Positions 1-10,066 of a stretch of DNA of 64,000 bases are shown piece by piece. How positions within the stretch are numbered: the first letter of the stretch is position 1; each line of letters begins with the position of its first letter. The DNA is taken from positions 21,986-85,985 of the forward strand of contig WRKW01000001.1 in NCBI GenBank assembly GCA_009777955.1, in the 5' to 3' direction. The stretch is from Alphaproteobacteria bacterium (GTDB lineage Bacteria; Pseudomonadota; Alphaproteobacteria; Rs-D84). A program made the translations under genes and the position numbers. The notes beneath the pieces are model-generated. The model was not told the origin of the DNA, did no database searches, and saw only the letters and a program-made list of their open reading frames with translations.

Positions 1-177
1 GATTTGATTACAGAGTCAAAAGTAAAAAAGGGCAAGGAAGTCAAAGCCGAAGTAATAGAACCGAAAGTCAAGTCTGTCACGGCAGTGGCCGATTCTATAC
101 AAATTGATGCCGCATTAGAGCTATTGGAAAAAGCGCGGGCAGAGCTGTCCCAATCCCCAACCCCAAATATTTCATAG
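1..177 (+). CDS. C-terminal fragment of an unidentified protein (gene enters from the left edge)
   Basis: Frame 1 is open from base 1 to TAG at 175-177 (..DAALELLEKARAELSQSPTPNIS*). It is absent from the ORF track because no start lies in the window. No family recognised. Confidence 0.3.
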   Translation, partial: DLITESKVKKGKEVKAEVIEPKVKSVTAVADSIQIDAALELLEKARAELSQSPTPNIS

Positions 178-288
178 TTTCGCTTTATCCCGCACTGAAA
201 GCAGTCTTTTTTATTGCAAATTTAGCCTATGGATATGAAAGGCCTTGCTTTTTGTTTGTTAACGTTTTATAGTCGGGAAAGTTGTTAA

Positions 289-1356
<1,068 letters not shown>

Positions 1357-1548
1357 AACGCTTCGATTTCTTTGTTTTCAAAAGCAGTTTTGCATGCAAA
1401 TTTTTTAACGGCAACTTTGTTGCCGTTAAAGTTTGGCATTGACAAAGGTCGGGCGCGCCGATTAAGTCTTTTTATAATGTTTATTTCTTTACGCTTGCAC
1501 GGGGATTTTTTATGCTTTATATTTCACATGTGAAAAAAAGGAATAATT

Positions 1549-1752
1549 ATGGAACAAAATTCAACACCAGAACTTAGTTTTGAACAAGCACTTTCCCAGT
1601 TGCAGGAATTGGTAAAAAAAATGGAATCCGGGGCACTTCCCCTGGCCGATTCAGTAAAGGCTTATGAACAAGGAATAAAGCTGAAAGCATATCTGGAACA
1701 GGTCTTGAAAGAAGCGGAATTGAAGATAGAAAAAATAAATCCAGAAAACTGA
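1549..1752 (+). CDS. xseB: Exodeoxyribonuclease VII small subunit
   Basis: 67 aa helical protein. LSFEQALSQLQELVKKMESGALPLADSVKAYEQGIKL matches the XseB pattern (FE.al..Le.iv..lE.g.l.L..s...ye.G). AGGA-type SD upstream. Confidence 0.85.
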   Translation: MEQNSTPELSFEQALSQLQELVKKMESGALPLADSVKAYEQGIKLKAYLEQVLKEAELKIEKINPEN

Positions 1753-1861
1753 TTTCTGATTCAGGTGATATATGAAACGTGATAAGTGATGCTTACTTTT
1801 TCGGCAATTTTTAAACAATATCACTTTTTACCTATCTCTTAAAATCAGCAATAATACAAAG

Positions 1862-4324
1862 ATGAGCAAAGAGCAGAAACTTACCCCAGTCATGCAACAA
1901 TACCTGGACATGAAAGCCGAATGTCCCGGGACGATTTTATTGTTCCGTCTGGGCGATTTTTACGAAATCTTTTTCAATGACGCAATAGTGGCCGCGCGTG
2001 CTTTGGATTTGGTTCTTACCAAACGTGGAACCGATGCGGATGGTAACGATATCCCCATGTGCGGTATACCATGGCATGCATCTGAAAATTATATCGGTCG
2101 TCTTGTTCGCGGCGGATTTTCGGTTGCCATCGCGGAACAGCTGGAAACACCGGAAGAAGCCAAAGCACGTGGTCGCAAACAGATAGAACGCGGGATAGCG
2201 CGCGTGCTTACCGCCGGAACCCTGACAGATGAAAACCTTTTGTCGCCAAAAAAATCAAACTTTCTGTTGGCGGTGTTTCCGCAAAAAAGTACCAATCAAA
2301 TAGCGGGTTGTGATATTTCCACCGGCGAATTTTTTATTGGCGAATTGTCAGAAAGCTTGTTTGACGAATTGGCACGGATAAACCCGTCCGAAATAATTTA
2401 CCCAGAATCCACCGCCGAATTACCGGATATTAAAAAAATCCGTGACGCGTTCCGCACCAGTCCGGTATATGACCGTCTTTTTGAACGCGAAAACATAACG
2501 GATACCTGTCGCGCGATTTTCGGAATTGAATCGGCGCAAATTAATCCCGCGATAAGCTTGCTTGCCGGATATCTGGAACTTACCCAGCGCGGTGCGCATC
2601 TTTCATTCCGCGCGCCGTATCGTTTGGGTGGTGGCGCGCGTCTTTTGATTGATGCGGCAACTTGGAAAAGCCTTGAAATTGATGAACCGATACAGGCGGG
2701 CGGGGCGACTTTGTTGGATGTGCTGGACAATACTTGCACGGCGGCCGGGGCGCGCCGGCTTCGCGCTTACCTGCGTGAATTATCGGGCGATATATCCGAA
2801 ATCCGCACACGTCAGGAACATATCGGACATCTTTTACAAAATAACGATGTCGCGAAAGAACTTTGCGCGCTATTATCCAAAGGTTCCGACATAGGCCGCG
2901 CTTTGTCGCGTCTTTTGGCGGGACGCGGCAACCCAAGGGATTTGCGTGGCATAGCAGATTTTGCCGCAAAGCTTCCAGAATTTAAAATTTGCGGGCAAAA
3001 GCTGGATCCAGTGCTTTCCGCAAAATTCAAAGATATGCCGACACAAGATTTTTTGTCCGCGGAATTAAAGCTTGCATTGTCGGATGATATGCCCGCCTTT
3101 TTTCGCGACGGCGGTGTTATCCGCACCGGTTATGACAACGCGTTGGATAATATGAACAGGCTTGCGCACGGCGCAAAAGAGCTTATCGCCGGTCTACAGG
3201 CACAGCATGCGGGTGCGCTTGGCATCAGCACGCTTAAAATCAAATACAACAATATTCTGGGATATCATATAGAGGTTCCGTCCAAACAAGCCGATAAATT
3301 ATTTGCCGCCCCCGGCGAATATATACACCGCCAGACCATGGTGGGCAATGTACGGTTTACCACAAACCGTTTGATAGAACTGGATAATGAAGTCCGTGGT
3401 GCTGCGGAAAAAGCCGCCGCGATAGAATCCCAGATTATTGAAAAGCTTATAGAAATGGTGCGTTCTGTATCGGATGATTTGTTGCGTGCCGCGGATTTGA
3501 TTGCCGATTGCGATGTATGGCTGTCGCTTGCCAAATGTGCGGAAGAATACAAATGGACGCGGCCGAATCTTACAGAAGATCAAACATTCGATATCCAGGC
3601 GGGTCGTCATCCGGTGGTTGAATCAATTCTGCGTGCGCGGGGCGAAGCATTTGTAAAGAATGGCTGCCAACTTTGCCAAAAGCGTATCGCGCTTTTGACC
3701 GGCCCCAATATGGCCGGCAAATCGACATATCTGCGACAGAATGCTTTGATTGTCGTATTGGCGCATTTGGGATCTTTTGTTCCGGCGGATTCTGCTTTGA
3801 TTGGGATATGCGACCAATTATTCAGCCGTGTCGGTGCAAGCGACAATCTGGCAGCGGGACAATCCACATTTATGGTGGAAATGACAGAAACAGCAAATAT
3901 CCTTAACCGCGCCAGTGAAAAATCATTTATAATATTTGATGAAATCGGTCGTGGAACGGCAACTTTTGACGGAATGTCGATTGCCCGGGCGGTTCTGGAA
4001 TTTCTTTGCCGGATTCATCCGCGCACGTTGTTCGCGACACATTATCATGAATTGACCGTGTTGGCGGACAAGATGGAGAATATAAGATGCCTTACCGTTC
4101 AGGTTGCGGAACACAATAACGAAATTATATTCCTGCATAAAATAATGCCCGGTACTGCCGAATCATCATATGGAATTCATGTGGCGAAAATGGCGGGAAT
4201 GCCCGAAAGCGTGGTTATCCGGGCCGAGGAAATATTATCAGAGCTTGAAAATAAAAGCATCGCCCCAAAAAGTAGTGAAAAAGTTGCAGAGCCCCCGCCA
4301 AAATCCCAAATGTCGCTGTTTTGA
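1862..4324 (+). CDS. mutS: DNA mismatch repair protein MutS
   Basis: 820 aa. N-terminal TPVMQQYLDMKAECPGTILLFRLGDFYEIFFNDA, Walker A GPNMAGKSTYLRQ, and STFMVEM / FDEIGRGT / ATHYHEL motifs. Confidence 0.95.
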   Translation: MSKEQKLTPVMQQYLDMKAECPGTILLFRLGDFYEIFFNDAIVAARALDLVLTKRGTDADGNDIPMCGIPWHASENYIGRLVRGGFSVAIAEQLETPEEAKARGRKQIERGIARVLTAGTLTDENLLSPKKSNFLLAVFPQKSTNQIAGCDISTGEFFIGELSESLFDELARINPSEIIYPESTAELPDIKKIRDAFRTSPVYDRLFERENITDTCRAIFGIESAQINPAISLLAGYLELTQRGAHLSFRAPYRLGGGARLLIDAATWKSLEIDEPIQAGGATLLDVLDNTCTAAGARRLRAYLRELSGDISEIRTRQEHIGHLLQNNDVAKELCALLSKGSDIGRALSRLLAGRGNPRDLRGIADFAAKLPEFKICGQKLDPVLSAKFKDMPTQDFLSAELKLALSDDMPAFFRDGGVIRTGYDNALDNMNRLAHGAKELIAGLQAQHAGALGISTLKIKYNNILGYHIEVPSKQADKLFAAPGEYIHRQTMVGNVRFTTNRLIELDNEVRGAAEKAAAIESQIIEKLIEMVRSVSDDLLRAADLIADCDVWLSLAKCAEEYKWTRPNLTEDQTFDIQAGRHPVVESILRARGEAFVKNGCQLCQKRIALLTGPNMAGKSTYLRQNALIVVLAHLGSFVPADSALIGICDQLFSRVGASDNLAAGQSTFMVEMTETANILNRASEKSFIIFDEIGRGTATFDGMSIARAVLEFLCRIHPRTLFATHYHELTVLADKMENIRCLTVQVAEHNNEIIFLHKIMPGTAESSYGIHVAKMAGMPESVVIRAEEILSELENKSIAPKSSEKVAEPPPKSQMSLF

Positions 4325-4402
4325 CGGTTAAGTACGGATAGAAATTATTGACTTGCCCGTTTGCGGTGGTAATATCCGGATGACGGACAAAAGGGGCTTT
4401 CC

Positions 4403-4933
4403 ATGAAATCTTTATTGATACACCCACAGGTGTTTATAAAATTTTCTAATGAATATAATTATCTTGAAAAACACACAAAGGGCAAACTTGTAAAATCAAA
4501 GGCAGATGTCAGGCGTATTGTGAACGATCATAAATTTTACGACAAAGCTGAAATCGGCCGATTTCGAAGCCAGCAGCCACAATGGGTATTTTCGTTGGAC
4601 ATAGCCTATGCGTTCGATTTTAATAATATCGAAGCATACGATACATGGAGCAGTAGGGTTTTTACTATCGGGGATATTATAAACAAAGAACAGGGCATAT
4701 CCCATGGCTTTGTTCAGGATTGTTGGCTGGTAAACGAAGAATATAGCATTATAAAATATCCGAACGGATATATGGATATCATGGGCGACGACATAGTACT
4801 GAAACCCGGAACCTTGCGCCAGATGAACCCCGTAATAAAGACGCAAAAGGAATCAGAGCTGGACAAAGTATTTACAGAATGCAAAAAAGCACCGCTTTAC
4901 GAAATCCATGAAGTAAAGAAGAAAGTTCGGTAA
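4403..4933 (+). CDS. Hypothetical protein (176 aa), no signal peptide
   Basis: ORF fills the mutS-truB gap. Its stop overlaps the truB ATG (TAATGA at 4931-4936), suggesting translational coupling. No family recognised. Confidence 0.5.
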   Translation: MKSLLIHPQVFIKFSNEYNYLEKHTKGKLVKSKADVRRIVNDHKFYDKAEIGRFRSQQPQWVFSLDIAYAFDFNNIEAYDTWSSRVFTIGDIINKEQGISHGFVQDCWLVNEEYSIIKYPNGYMDIMGDDIVLKPGTLRQMNPVIKTQKESELDKVFTECKKAPLYEIHEVKKKVR

Positions 4934-5874
4934 TGAAATCCGGTTGGGTTATTCTTGACAAGCCGGGCGGCATTACATCCCGCACAGCGGGTGGCCGGGT
5001 CGCGCGCATGTTCGGAATTAAAAAGTTTGGACATTTGGGAACGCTTGACCCCATGGCATCCGGTGTGCTTCCCATTGCGCTGGGCGAAGCCACGAAAATG
5101 ATTCCGTATGTGGAAAAGTTTTGGAATGGAAAAAATATCAGTATGGAAAAATCCTATCTTTTTGGGGTGCAATGGGGATTTGAAACAGATACCGGCGATA
5201 TCACGGGTACCGTGATAAAAAAAAATGAAAAACCTTTTCCATGCCATTCCGAAATAAAAAAAACTTTTGGAAAATTGATTGGCGAAATAGAACAGATTCC
5301 GCCGGCATACAGTGCCGTTCATGTGAATGGCCGCCGTGCGTATGAACTTGCGCGGTTGGGTCGGTCGGTCAATATTCCGGCCAGGAAAATAAAAATTGAT
5401 TCATTGCATCTGGTGGAACCCGGCAAAGCCGAAAAGCGCGGGCAAAGGGATGTATTCTATGTAAATTGTTCCACGGGTACTTATGTCCGCAGCCTTGCGC
5501 GGGATATGGGTATTTTGGCGGGCGGGTATTTGGCGACAGTCGATATGATTCGGCGGACGCGGACACATTGTTTTTGGCTGGAAAATATCCCGCAACCAGA
5601 AAATAGTGCTGTTCCCCTTGATTTTCTTGAAAATCTGTATAATAATGACCCGGCTGGTGTACGGAAGTACCTGTACCCGGTGGATTTCGGACTGGACGAC
5701 ATTCTGGTTGCGGAATTGAAAGACGATGACGCGGCATTGTTTACAAACGGCGGCGTTATTATAACAAAAGATGATTCTGTTGGGTTTCGGCGGGTATATT
5801 CGGGCGGGCGGTTTATAGGAATCGGAATGAACGATAAATATGCCATGATGCCAAAGAGAATCGTAAATTATTAA
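4933..5874 (+). CDS. truB: tRNA pseudouridine(55) synthase TruB
   Basis: 313 aa. [13 protein letters not shown]...[24 protein letters not shown] contains the catalytic GTLDP motif. Canonical truB-rpsO adjacency. Confidence 0.9.
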   Translation: MKSGWVILDKPGGITSRTAGGRVARMFGIKKFGHLGTLDPMASGVLPIALGEATKMIPYVEKFWNGKNISMEKSYLFGVQWGFETDTGDITGTVIKKNEKPFPCHSEIKKTFGKLIGEIEQIPPAYSAVHVNGRRAYELARLGRSVNIPARKIKIDSLHLVEPGKAEKRGQRDVFYVNCSTGTYVRSLARDMGILAGGYLATVDMIRRTRTHCFWLENIPQPENSAVPLDFLENLYNNDPAGVRKYLYPVDFGLDDILVAELKDDDAALFTNGGVIITKDDSVGFRRVYSGGRFIGIGMNDKYAMMPKRIVNY

Positions 5875-5885
5875 AAGGAAAAACA

Positions 5886-6158
5886 ATGTCGATAACGAAA
5901 GTAAAAAAGACAGAACTTATAAAAACCTATAAATCGTCTGATAGTGATAATGGCGGATCGGCTGAATCCCAGGTTGCGGTCTTGACAGAGCGTATACGGA
6001 ATCTGACCGAACACATGAAAAAAATGCCAAAAGACGAACATTCAAAGCGTGGATTGCTTGTCCTGGTAAATCGCCGGAAAAAGTTGTTGGCCTATATCAA
6101 GGGTCGGAATCCGGAAGATTATGAATCCCTGATTAAAAAGTTGGGAATAAGGAAATAA
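5886..6158 (+). CDS. rpsO: 30S ribosomal protein S15
   Basis: 90 aa. [48 protein letters not shown] is the S15 signature region. Confidence 0.95.
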   Translation: MSITKVKKTELIKTYKSSDSDNGGSAESQVAVLTERIRNLTEHMKKMPKDEHSKRGLLVLVNRRKKLLAYIKGRNPEDYESLIKKLGIRK

Positions 6159-6159
6159 A

Positions 6160-6306
6160 GCATCGTGCGCTATGCGCACGATGCCTTATTAAATAGTAGA
6201 TGCCTGCGCCTTGTCGCGCCGGAGCGAAGGCGGAAGGCATGACGATGGTGTCGCGCTTTGCGCGACGCATTAATTATTCATTATTCACTATTCATTATTC
6301 ATTTAG
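6160..6306 (+). repeat. Composite intergenic repeat, 'family C'. Its first hairpin doubles as the likely rpsO terminator.
   Basis: Starts 2 nt after the rpsO stop with hairpin GCATCGTGCGC-tat-GCGCACGATGC. It continues as ..GGCGGAAGGCATGACGATGGTGTCGCGCTTTGCGCGACGCATTAATTATTCATTATTCACTATTCATTATTCATT. A near-identical copy lies in reverse orientation at 42956-43085, with shorter copies at 40441-40535 and 61283-61372. Confidence 0.85.
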
Positions 6307-6354
6307 TTGAAATCCACTGTTCAATAAGACATCGTACGCAAAGCGCACACCATC

Positions 6355-6450
6355 GTCATTGCGAGAAGCGGCGCGACGAAGCAATCCAGTTAATAAAGCG
6401 CGCATCTTATTTTACCGGATTGCCGCGCAAAATATTTTGCTCGCAATGAC
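6355..6450. repeat. Two facing copies of repeat 'family A' (GTCATTGCGAG-[GC-rich palindromic core]-CGAAGCAATC)
   Basis: 6355-6386 reads GTCATTGCGAGAAGCGGCGCGACGAAGCAATC. 6418-6450 is the reverse-orientation copy, GATTGCCGCGCAAAATATTTTGCTCGCAATGAC. Confidence 0.8.
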
Positions 6451-6543
6451 GGGTTTTGGTGTTTGGTCTGATATCTTAACACTTACCGATTTTTCACTTC
6501 ATTTTTTCTTGATTTTCTGATATACTTCTCTTTAAGAGAGAAT

Positions 6544-8556
6544 ATGAAGTTTAGCTTTCGCATTTTTGCCCTGTGCTCTGTACTTTCTATTTTTCGCGCC
6601 GATGGCGCGGTGCCTACTAATTCGCTGACACCCACGATTCAGGGTGGCGGAACCAATAATCTGACCGCGTTTACTGGAAATGTGGGCGCGATGAATAATA
6701 ATGCCTGGAATCAATCCATACAGGGGGATCGGGGTGGCGGCAACAGCGCGACTGCGGATTTTGGAAATTGTCGCGCCGTGATTTCAAGATGCGCTTCGCC
6801 GCGTTGCGGAAATGGCGGATGTACGGATTTTATGGTTGCGGCGGGAATTGTTAATGGTTGTGTACAGTCGAACGCATCTTGTCGACAGTATGGCGACGAC
6901 CTGGTGAATGCCATGGCTGCGGAACTGGTGGCTAATTCTACATCCCGGGCTAACCAGCAACAGGCACAGATGGCACAGCAACAGGCCGCGGCGGCGGCGG
7001 CATCCGATGCCGCGGCGGCGCAACAGATGGCACAGATGCAACAACAAATGGCCACCCAGATGCAGGAAATGCAGGCACAGATGGCCGCACAACAGGCAGA
7101 ATCCGCCGCACGGGTAGAAGCCGCACTGGCCGAACAACGTCAACAGGCCAGCCAGCCCCAGTCCGCACAGTCGGGTACGGATAACCAGCTGGCCCAGGCA
7201 TCTGACGCGGCCGCAAATGCCGCCGCGCTGGGGATTTCTGCGGATGTATTGGTACGTGAACAGGCTTCGGGTCAAATATTATCAAAATTGGATAATGTAA
7301 AGGCGGCGTTAAACCGCGCCAGGGCGGCGATGCAGGAAACTTTTGACTATGCCGGATGTAACAGACAGGGGGATCATTGCGCCGGTGTTCCGCGCGTATC
7401 GGCGTTTAAAGCAAAGGCACAGGCATTTTTCGAACCGTATGATGAAACCATAGATGAAGTATATGACGCATTAATAATGGCACAGGCATTGGGTGTGGAT
7501 ATAACGGATATATATATGATGTTGAATGGAAGCTGTCATGTATGGGGTCAGTATGCGTGTTCAAGCACTCAGGTAGTGAGATATGAATTGTCAGAAACTC
7601 TCGCAGAACGTGAAATTGTTGACGGAAGTTCCACGACGAAAACTAAAAATGGTCTTTGCAGGTGTGACTCAATACCACAAGGCTCTCCGGGGGCTGGTAT
7701 GATCGATATAAATAATTGTACGGATGCGTATGGAAATAAGTGTAAACCCGGTGCGGTTGTACCCATGAATGCGGGTGGGTGTCAATTGATGCAGATGCTG
7801 ACCGATACTTACACAGTGCAACAAAACTTTTTGGATTCATATACTGGAAGTAGCAGTGGTTCCAGAATTGAACTTGCATGTGCATCCGAAGCTCTAGAAC
7901 AGAACAAACTTTTTGCCCGTCGTAAAAAAGGTTCGAATATAGACATAGAATTATTGGAATATATGCTTGCGGTAGAAGCACCGAATTACCAACCGCGGAG
8001 TGGTAATCCAGCGGATAATTTCCAGTTCTGCTCTGCAAAAGATGTTGAAGTATTGCGCCGTGTTGTCCAGACCAAGAGATTGAATGAAAGAAATATATGT
8101 GTGGGGCAAAGTATGTTAAATAAAGGGCAAACCCTGGGTACAGTGGTTGCTGCCGCCCAGCCGATAAATATGATTGAAGTCGATGGGTTTTGTAAAAATT
8201 CGTGCATACAAGACGAAGAAAGTGGAGAATATAATGTAATTACAGATAATAGTGCTAAATTATATAGTGCTTTGCGAGATAATAGTTTTCATGGTGTGAC
8301 GGGAAATATAAGTAAGCTTTTGGGGGATGGTATAGATACCAAAGAAGACTGTGTAAAGGAATGTATTAAAGAAATGGAAAAAAAATTAAAGGACGATTGT
8401 CAGTCGGATGAGCATGGACCAAAAGGTACTTGGGATATTCTCCATTGTTCTTGTCCAAATAATTCAATTCATGTCCCGGACATTAGGGGTTGTAAATGCC
8501 CAACGAATCTTCCTGTTTGGGTAGGAACAGACGGTCCATGTGTGGCAAACGAATAA
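6544..8556 (+). CDS. Large secreted Cys-rich protein with a Gln/Ala/Met-rich coiled-coil-like linker (paralog of 40652-42838)
   Basis: 670 aa. Signal peptide MKFSFRIFALCSVLSIFRADG. Motif NCRAVISRCASPRCGNGGC. Low-complexity QQAQMAQQQAAAAAA..QMQEMQAQMAAQQ. 28 Cys by my count after the signal peptide. C-terminal CPTNLPVWVGTDGPC. AGAGAG SD-like sequence before the ATG. Confidence 0.75.
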   Translation: MKFSFRIFALCSVLSIFRADGAVPTNSLTPTIQGGGTNNLTAFTGNVGAMNNNAWNQSIQGDRGGGNSATADFGNCRAVISRCASPRCGNGGCTDFMVAAGIVNGCVQSNASCRQYGDDLVNAMAAELVANSTSRANQQQAQMAQQQAAAAAASDAAAAQQMAQMQQQMATQMQEMQAQMAAQQAESAARVEAALAEQRQQASQPQSAQSGTDNQLAQASDAAANAAALGISADVLVREQASGQILSKLDNVKAALNRARAAMQETFDYAGCNRQGDHCAGVPRVSAFKAKAQAFFEPYDETIDEVYDALIMAQALGVDITDIYMMLNGSCHVWGQYACSSTQVVRYELSETLAEREIVDGSSTTKTKNGLCRCDSIPQGSPGAGMIDINNCTDAYGNKCKPGAVVPMNAGGCQLMQMLTDTYTVQQNFLDSYTGSSSGSRIELACASEALEQNKLFARRKKGSNIDIELLEYMLAVEAPNYQPRSGNPADNFQFCSAKDVEVLRRVVQTKRLNERNICVGQSMLNKGQTLGTVVAAAQPINMIEVDGFCKNSCIQDEESGEYNVITDNSAKLYSALRDNSFHGVTGNISKLLGDGIDTKEDCVKECIKEMEKKLKDDCQSDEHGPKGTWDILHCSCPNNSIHVPDIRGCKCPTNLPVWVGTDGPCVANE

Positions 8557-8576
8557 AGGTTTTAAAGTTTAGATAT

Positions 8577-9428
8577 ATGAAAAAAATATTAATTTCATTT
8601 TTATCGATTTTATCCATTTTTCTGTTGGTGTTGGGTGGGTCACCGACTGTGGCATATTCCGCTTTATGTAATGTTGATATGTTGGAAGCGGATGGTACCG
8701 GGCAGCAATTTATAAACCCAGACTATGCTTTATGCAGTGTGCATGCGTATAACATTGGACTTGGCCAGAATCCAACAGATGCCGCAAATCAAGAATTGAT
8801 GAGAGAGGTCATAAGGCTTAAAGCCACCATCATCGCCCAGCAAATGAAAAAGCAGTATGACTTTTTGGATGTGACTATAAAAAGGTTTGAAACCCAGTTG
8901 CAAAAAGCCGTTTTGGTATCAAGGCTAGAGGCTGCGGGCGGTGCTTCTTCGGACAGAACCGGTGGTGGTGGCGGACAGTCGGGCAGCAGTTTACAGGGGG
9001 TAAACCAGAATTGTGGTGGCTCTGGGTTGGCCGCGCTTGATTGTTTGTTGTCTAATAACAGGGAAATGCTGAATATACTAAGTCGTGGCAGTGTCAATAC
9101 CCAGATGCGTGATCAAATGATGCGTGATTACAGGGTTTATAGTGGTATTAATAATGGTCTTGGGGGATATAGAATCCAAGATCTCCAGTTCACAAAAGAG
9201 AGGCCTTCTGGGGCATCGACAGGTTGCGAAGCCATATTAAATACGCGGACTAATAATCTCAGTACGTCACAGGCAAGGGAATGTTTACAATTTATGCAAA
9301 CAGATATTAATAATGTTATTAGGGCAGAAACGCGAGTCGATAATCAAGCTAGGGCGGGAGGAATGAGTTTCCAGCCGGTGTATAATCAGCGGAATCAGCA
9401 GCAGAATCAGCCGGAGTCGGATGATTGA
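8577..9428 (+). CDS. Secreted protein, 283 aa, 6 Cys, helical, Gln/Asn-rich tail; probably co-transcribed with 6544-8556
   Basis: The track ORF begins at 8496, but MKKILISFLSILSIFLLVLGGSPTVAYS, a typical signal peptide, starts at ATG 8577, 20 nt after the upstream stop. No family recognised. Confidence 0.65.
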   Translation: MKKILISFLSILSIFLLVLGGSPTVAYSALCNVDMLEADGTGQQFINPDYALCSVHAYNIGLGQNPTDAANQELMREVIRLKATIIAQQMKKQYDFLDVTIKRFETQLQKAVLVSRLEAAGGASSDRTGGGGGQSGSSLQGVNQNCGGSGLAALDCLLSNNREMLNILSRGSVNTQMRDQMMRDYRVYSGINNGLGGYRIQDLQFTKERPSGASTGCEAILNTRTNNLSTSQARECLQFMQTDINNVIRAETRVDNQARAGGMSFQPVYNQRNQQQNQPESDD

Positions 9429-9464
9429 GTTATTGCGAGCCGCAGTAAAAGCTTAACATTCAAT

Positions 9465-9650
9465 CCCGCTTTGCGCGACACCACCGTCATGCCTGTAAAA
9501 GTCAAATAATTCGTGGACATATTCTTAACGGCAACGAAGTTGCCGTCATTCCTGCGAAGGCAGGATCCACTGTTCAATAAGAAATCGTGTGCTTTGCGCA
9601 CGATACATATATTATTCATTATTCACTATTCATTTAAAAAATGTGTCTAT
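9465..9650. repeat. Mosaic of intergenic repeat modules (family C fragment, family B element, hairpin, TTCATTAT-type tail)
   Basis: CCCGCTTTGCGCGACACCACCGTCATGCC. Then TGTAAAAGTCAAATAATTCGTGGACATATTCTTAACGGCAACGAAGTTGCCGTCATTCCTGCGAAGGCAGGATCC. Then AATCGTGTGCTTTGCGCACGAT. Then ATTATTCATTATTCACTATTCATT. Each module recurs elsewhere in the window. Confidence 0.8.
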
Positions 9651-9792
9651 CAACGGAATTTTAATTTTCCCCTTGATTTGGGTATAAAAAATGTTTTATA
9701 CTAGTTTCCGCTTGATTTATCTAAATATTATGGTACCGTGCGCGGGATTATAGTGGCAATAAGGGGCGAATATCACGCAAAAACAGAGTTTT

Positions 9793-9866
9793 AGGGGCGT
9801 AGTTCAACGGTAGAATAGAGGTCTCCAAAACCTTTGGTGAGGGTTCGATTCCTTCCGCCCCTGCCA
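9793..9866 (+). tRNA. tRNA-Trp (anticodon CCA)
   Basis: AGGGGCG/CGCCCCT acceptor stem, anticodon loop CTCCAAA, T-arm GAGGG-TTCGATT-CCTTC, encoded CCA. Canonical position upstream of secE-nusG. Confidence 0.93.
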
Positions 9867-9886
9867 GTAAAACAAAAAATAAAGCA

Positions 9887-10066
9887 ATGAAAAAACTGTT
9901 CGAATATATCAAAGAAGTCCGCCGGGAATGGTTCAAAATAGTATGGCCCAGCCGTGACAACGTCGTCCGTGCCACTATTTTGATTTTCGTGGCCGCTGGA
10001 ATGGTCGCGCTGTTCCTGTTTCTGGTTGACAGCGTGTTGAACGCACTTGTGGGGTGGATATTTTAA
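9887..10066 (+). CDS. secE: Preprotein translocase subunit SecE (59 aa, below the ORF-track cutoff)
   Basis: Hand translation gives MKKLFEYIKEVRREWFKIVWPSRDNVVRATILIFVAAGMVALFLFLVDSVLNALVGWIF*. It has the E..KV.WP motif plus one TM helix and lies between tRNA-Trp and nusG. Confidence 0.88.
   Translation: MKKLFEYIKEVRREWFKIVWPSRDNVVRATILIFVAAGMVALFLFLVDSVLNALVGWIF

Noticed and set aside
193-216. Possible terminator after the left-edge ORF (CACTG-aaag-CAGT followed by CTTTTTT)
   Set aside because: The stem is only about 4 bp, too weak to call despite the T-run.
6940-7160. The Gln/Ala/Met-rich coding stretch as a nucleotide-level tandem repeat or VNTR
   Set aside because: The DNA is biased (CAG/GCN/ATG codons), but I could not find an exact repeating unit. 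It is a low-complexity coding region rather than a tandem repeat.
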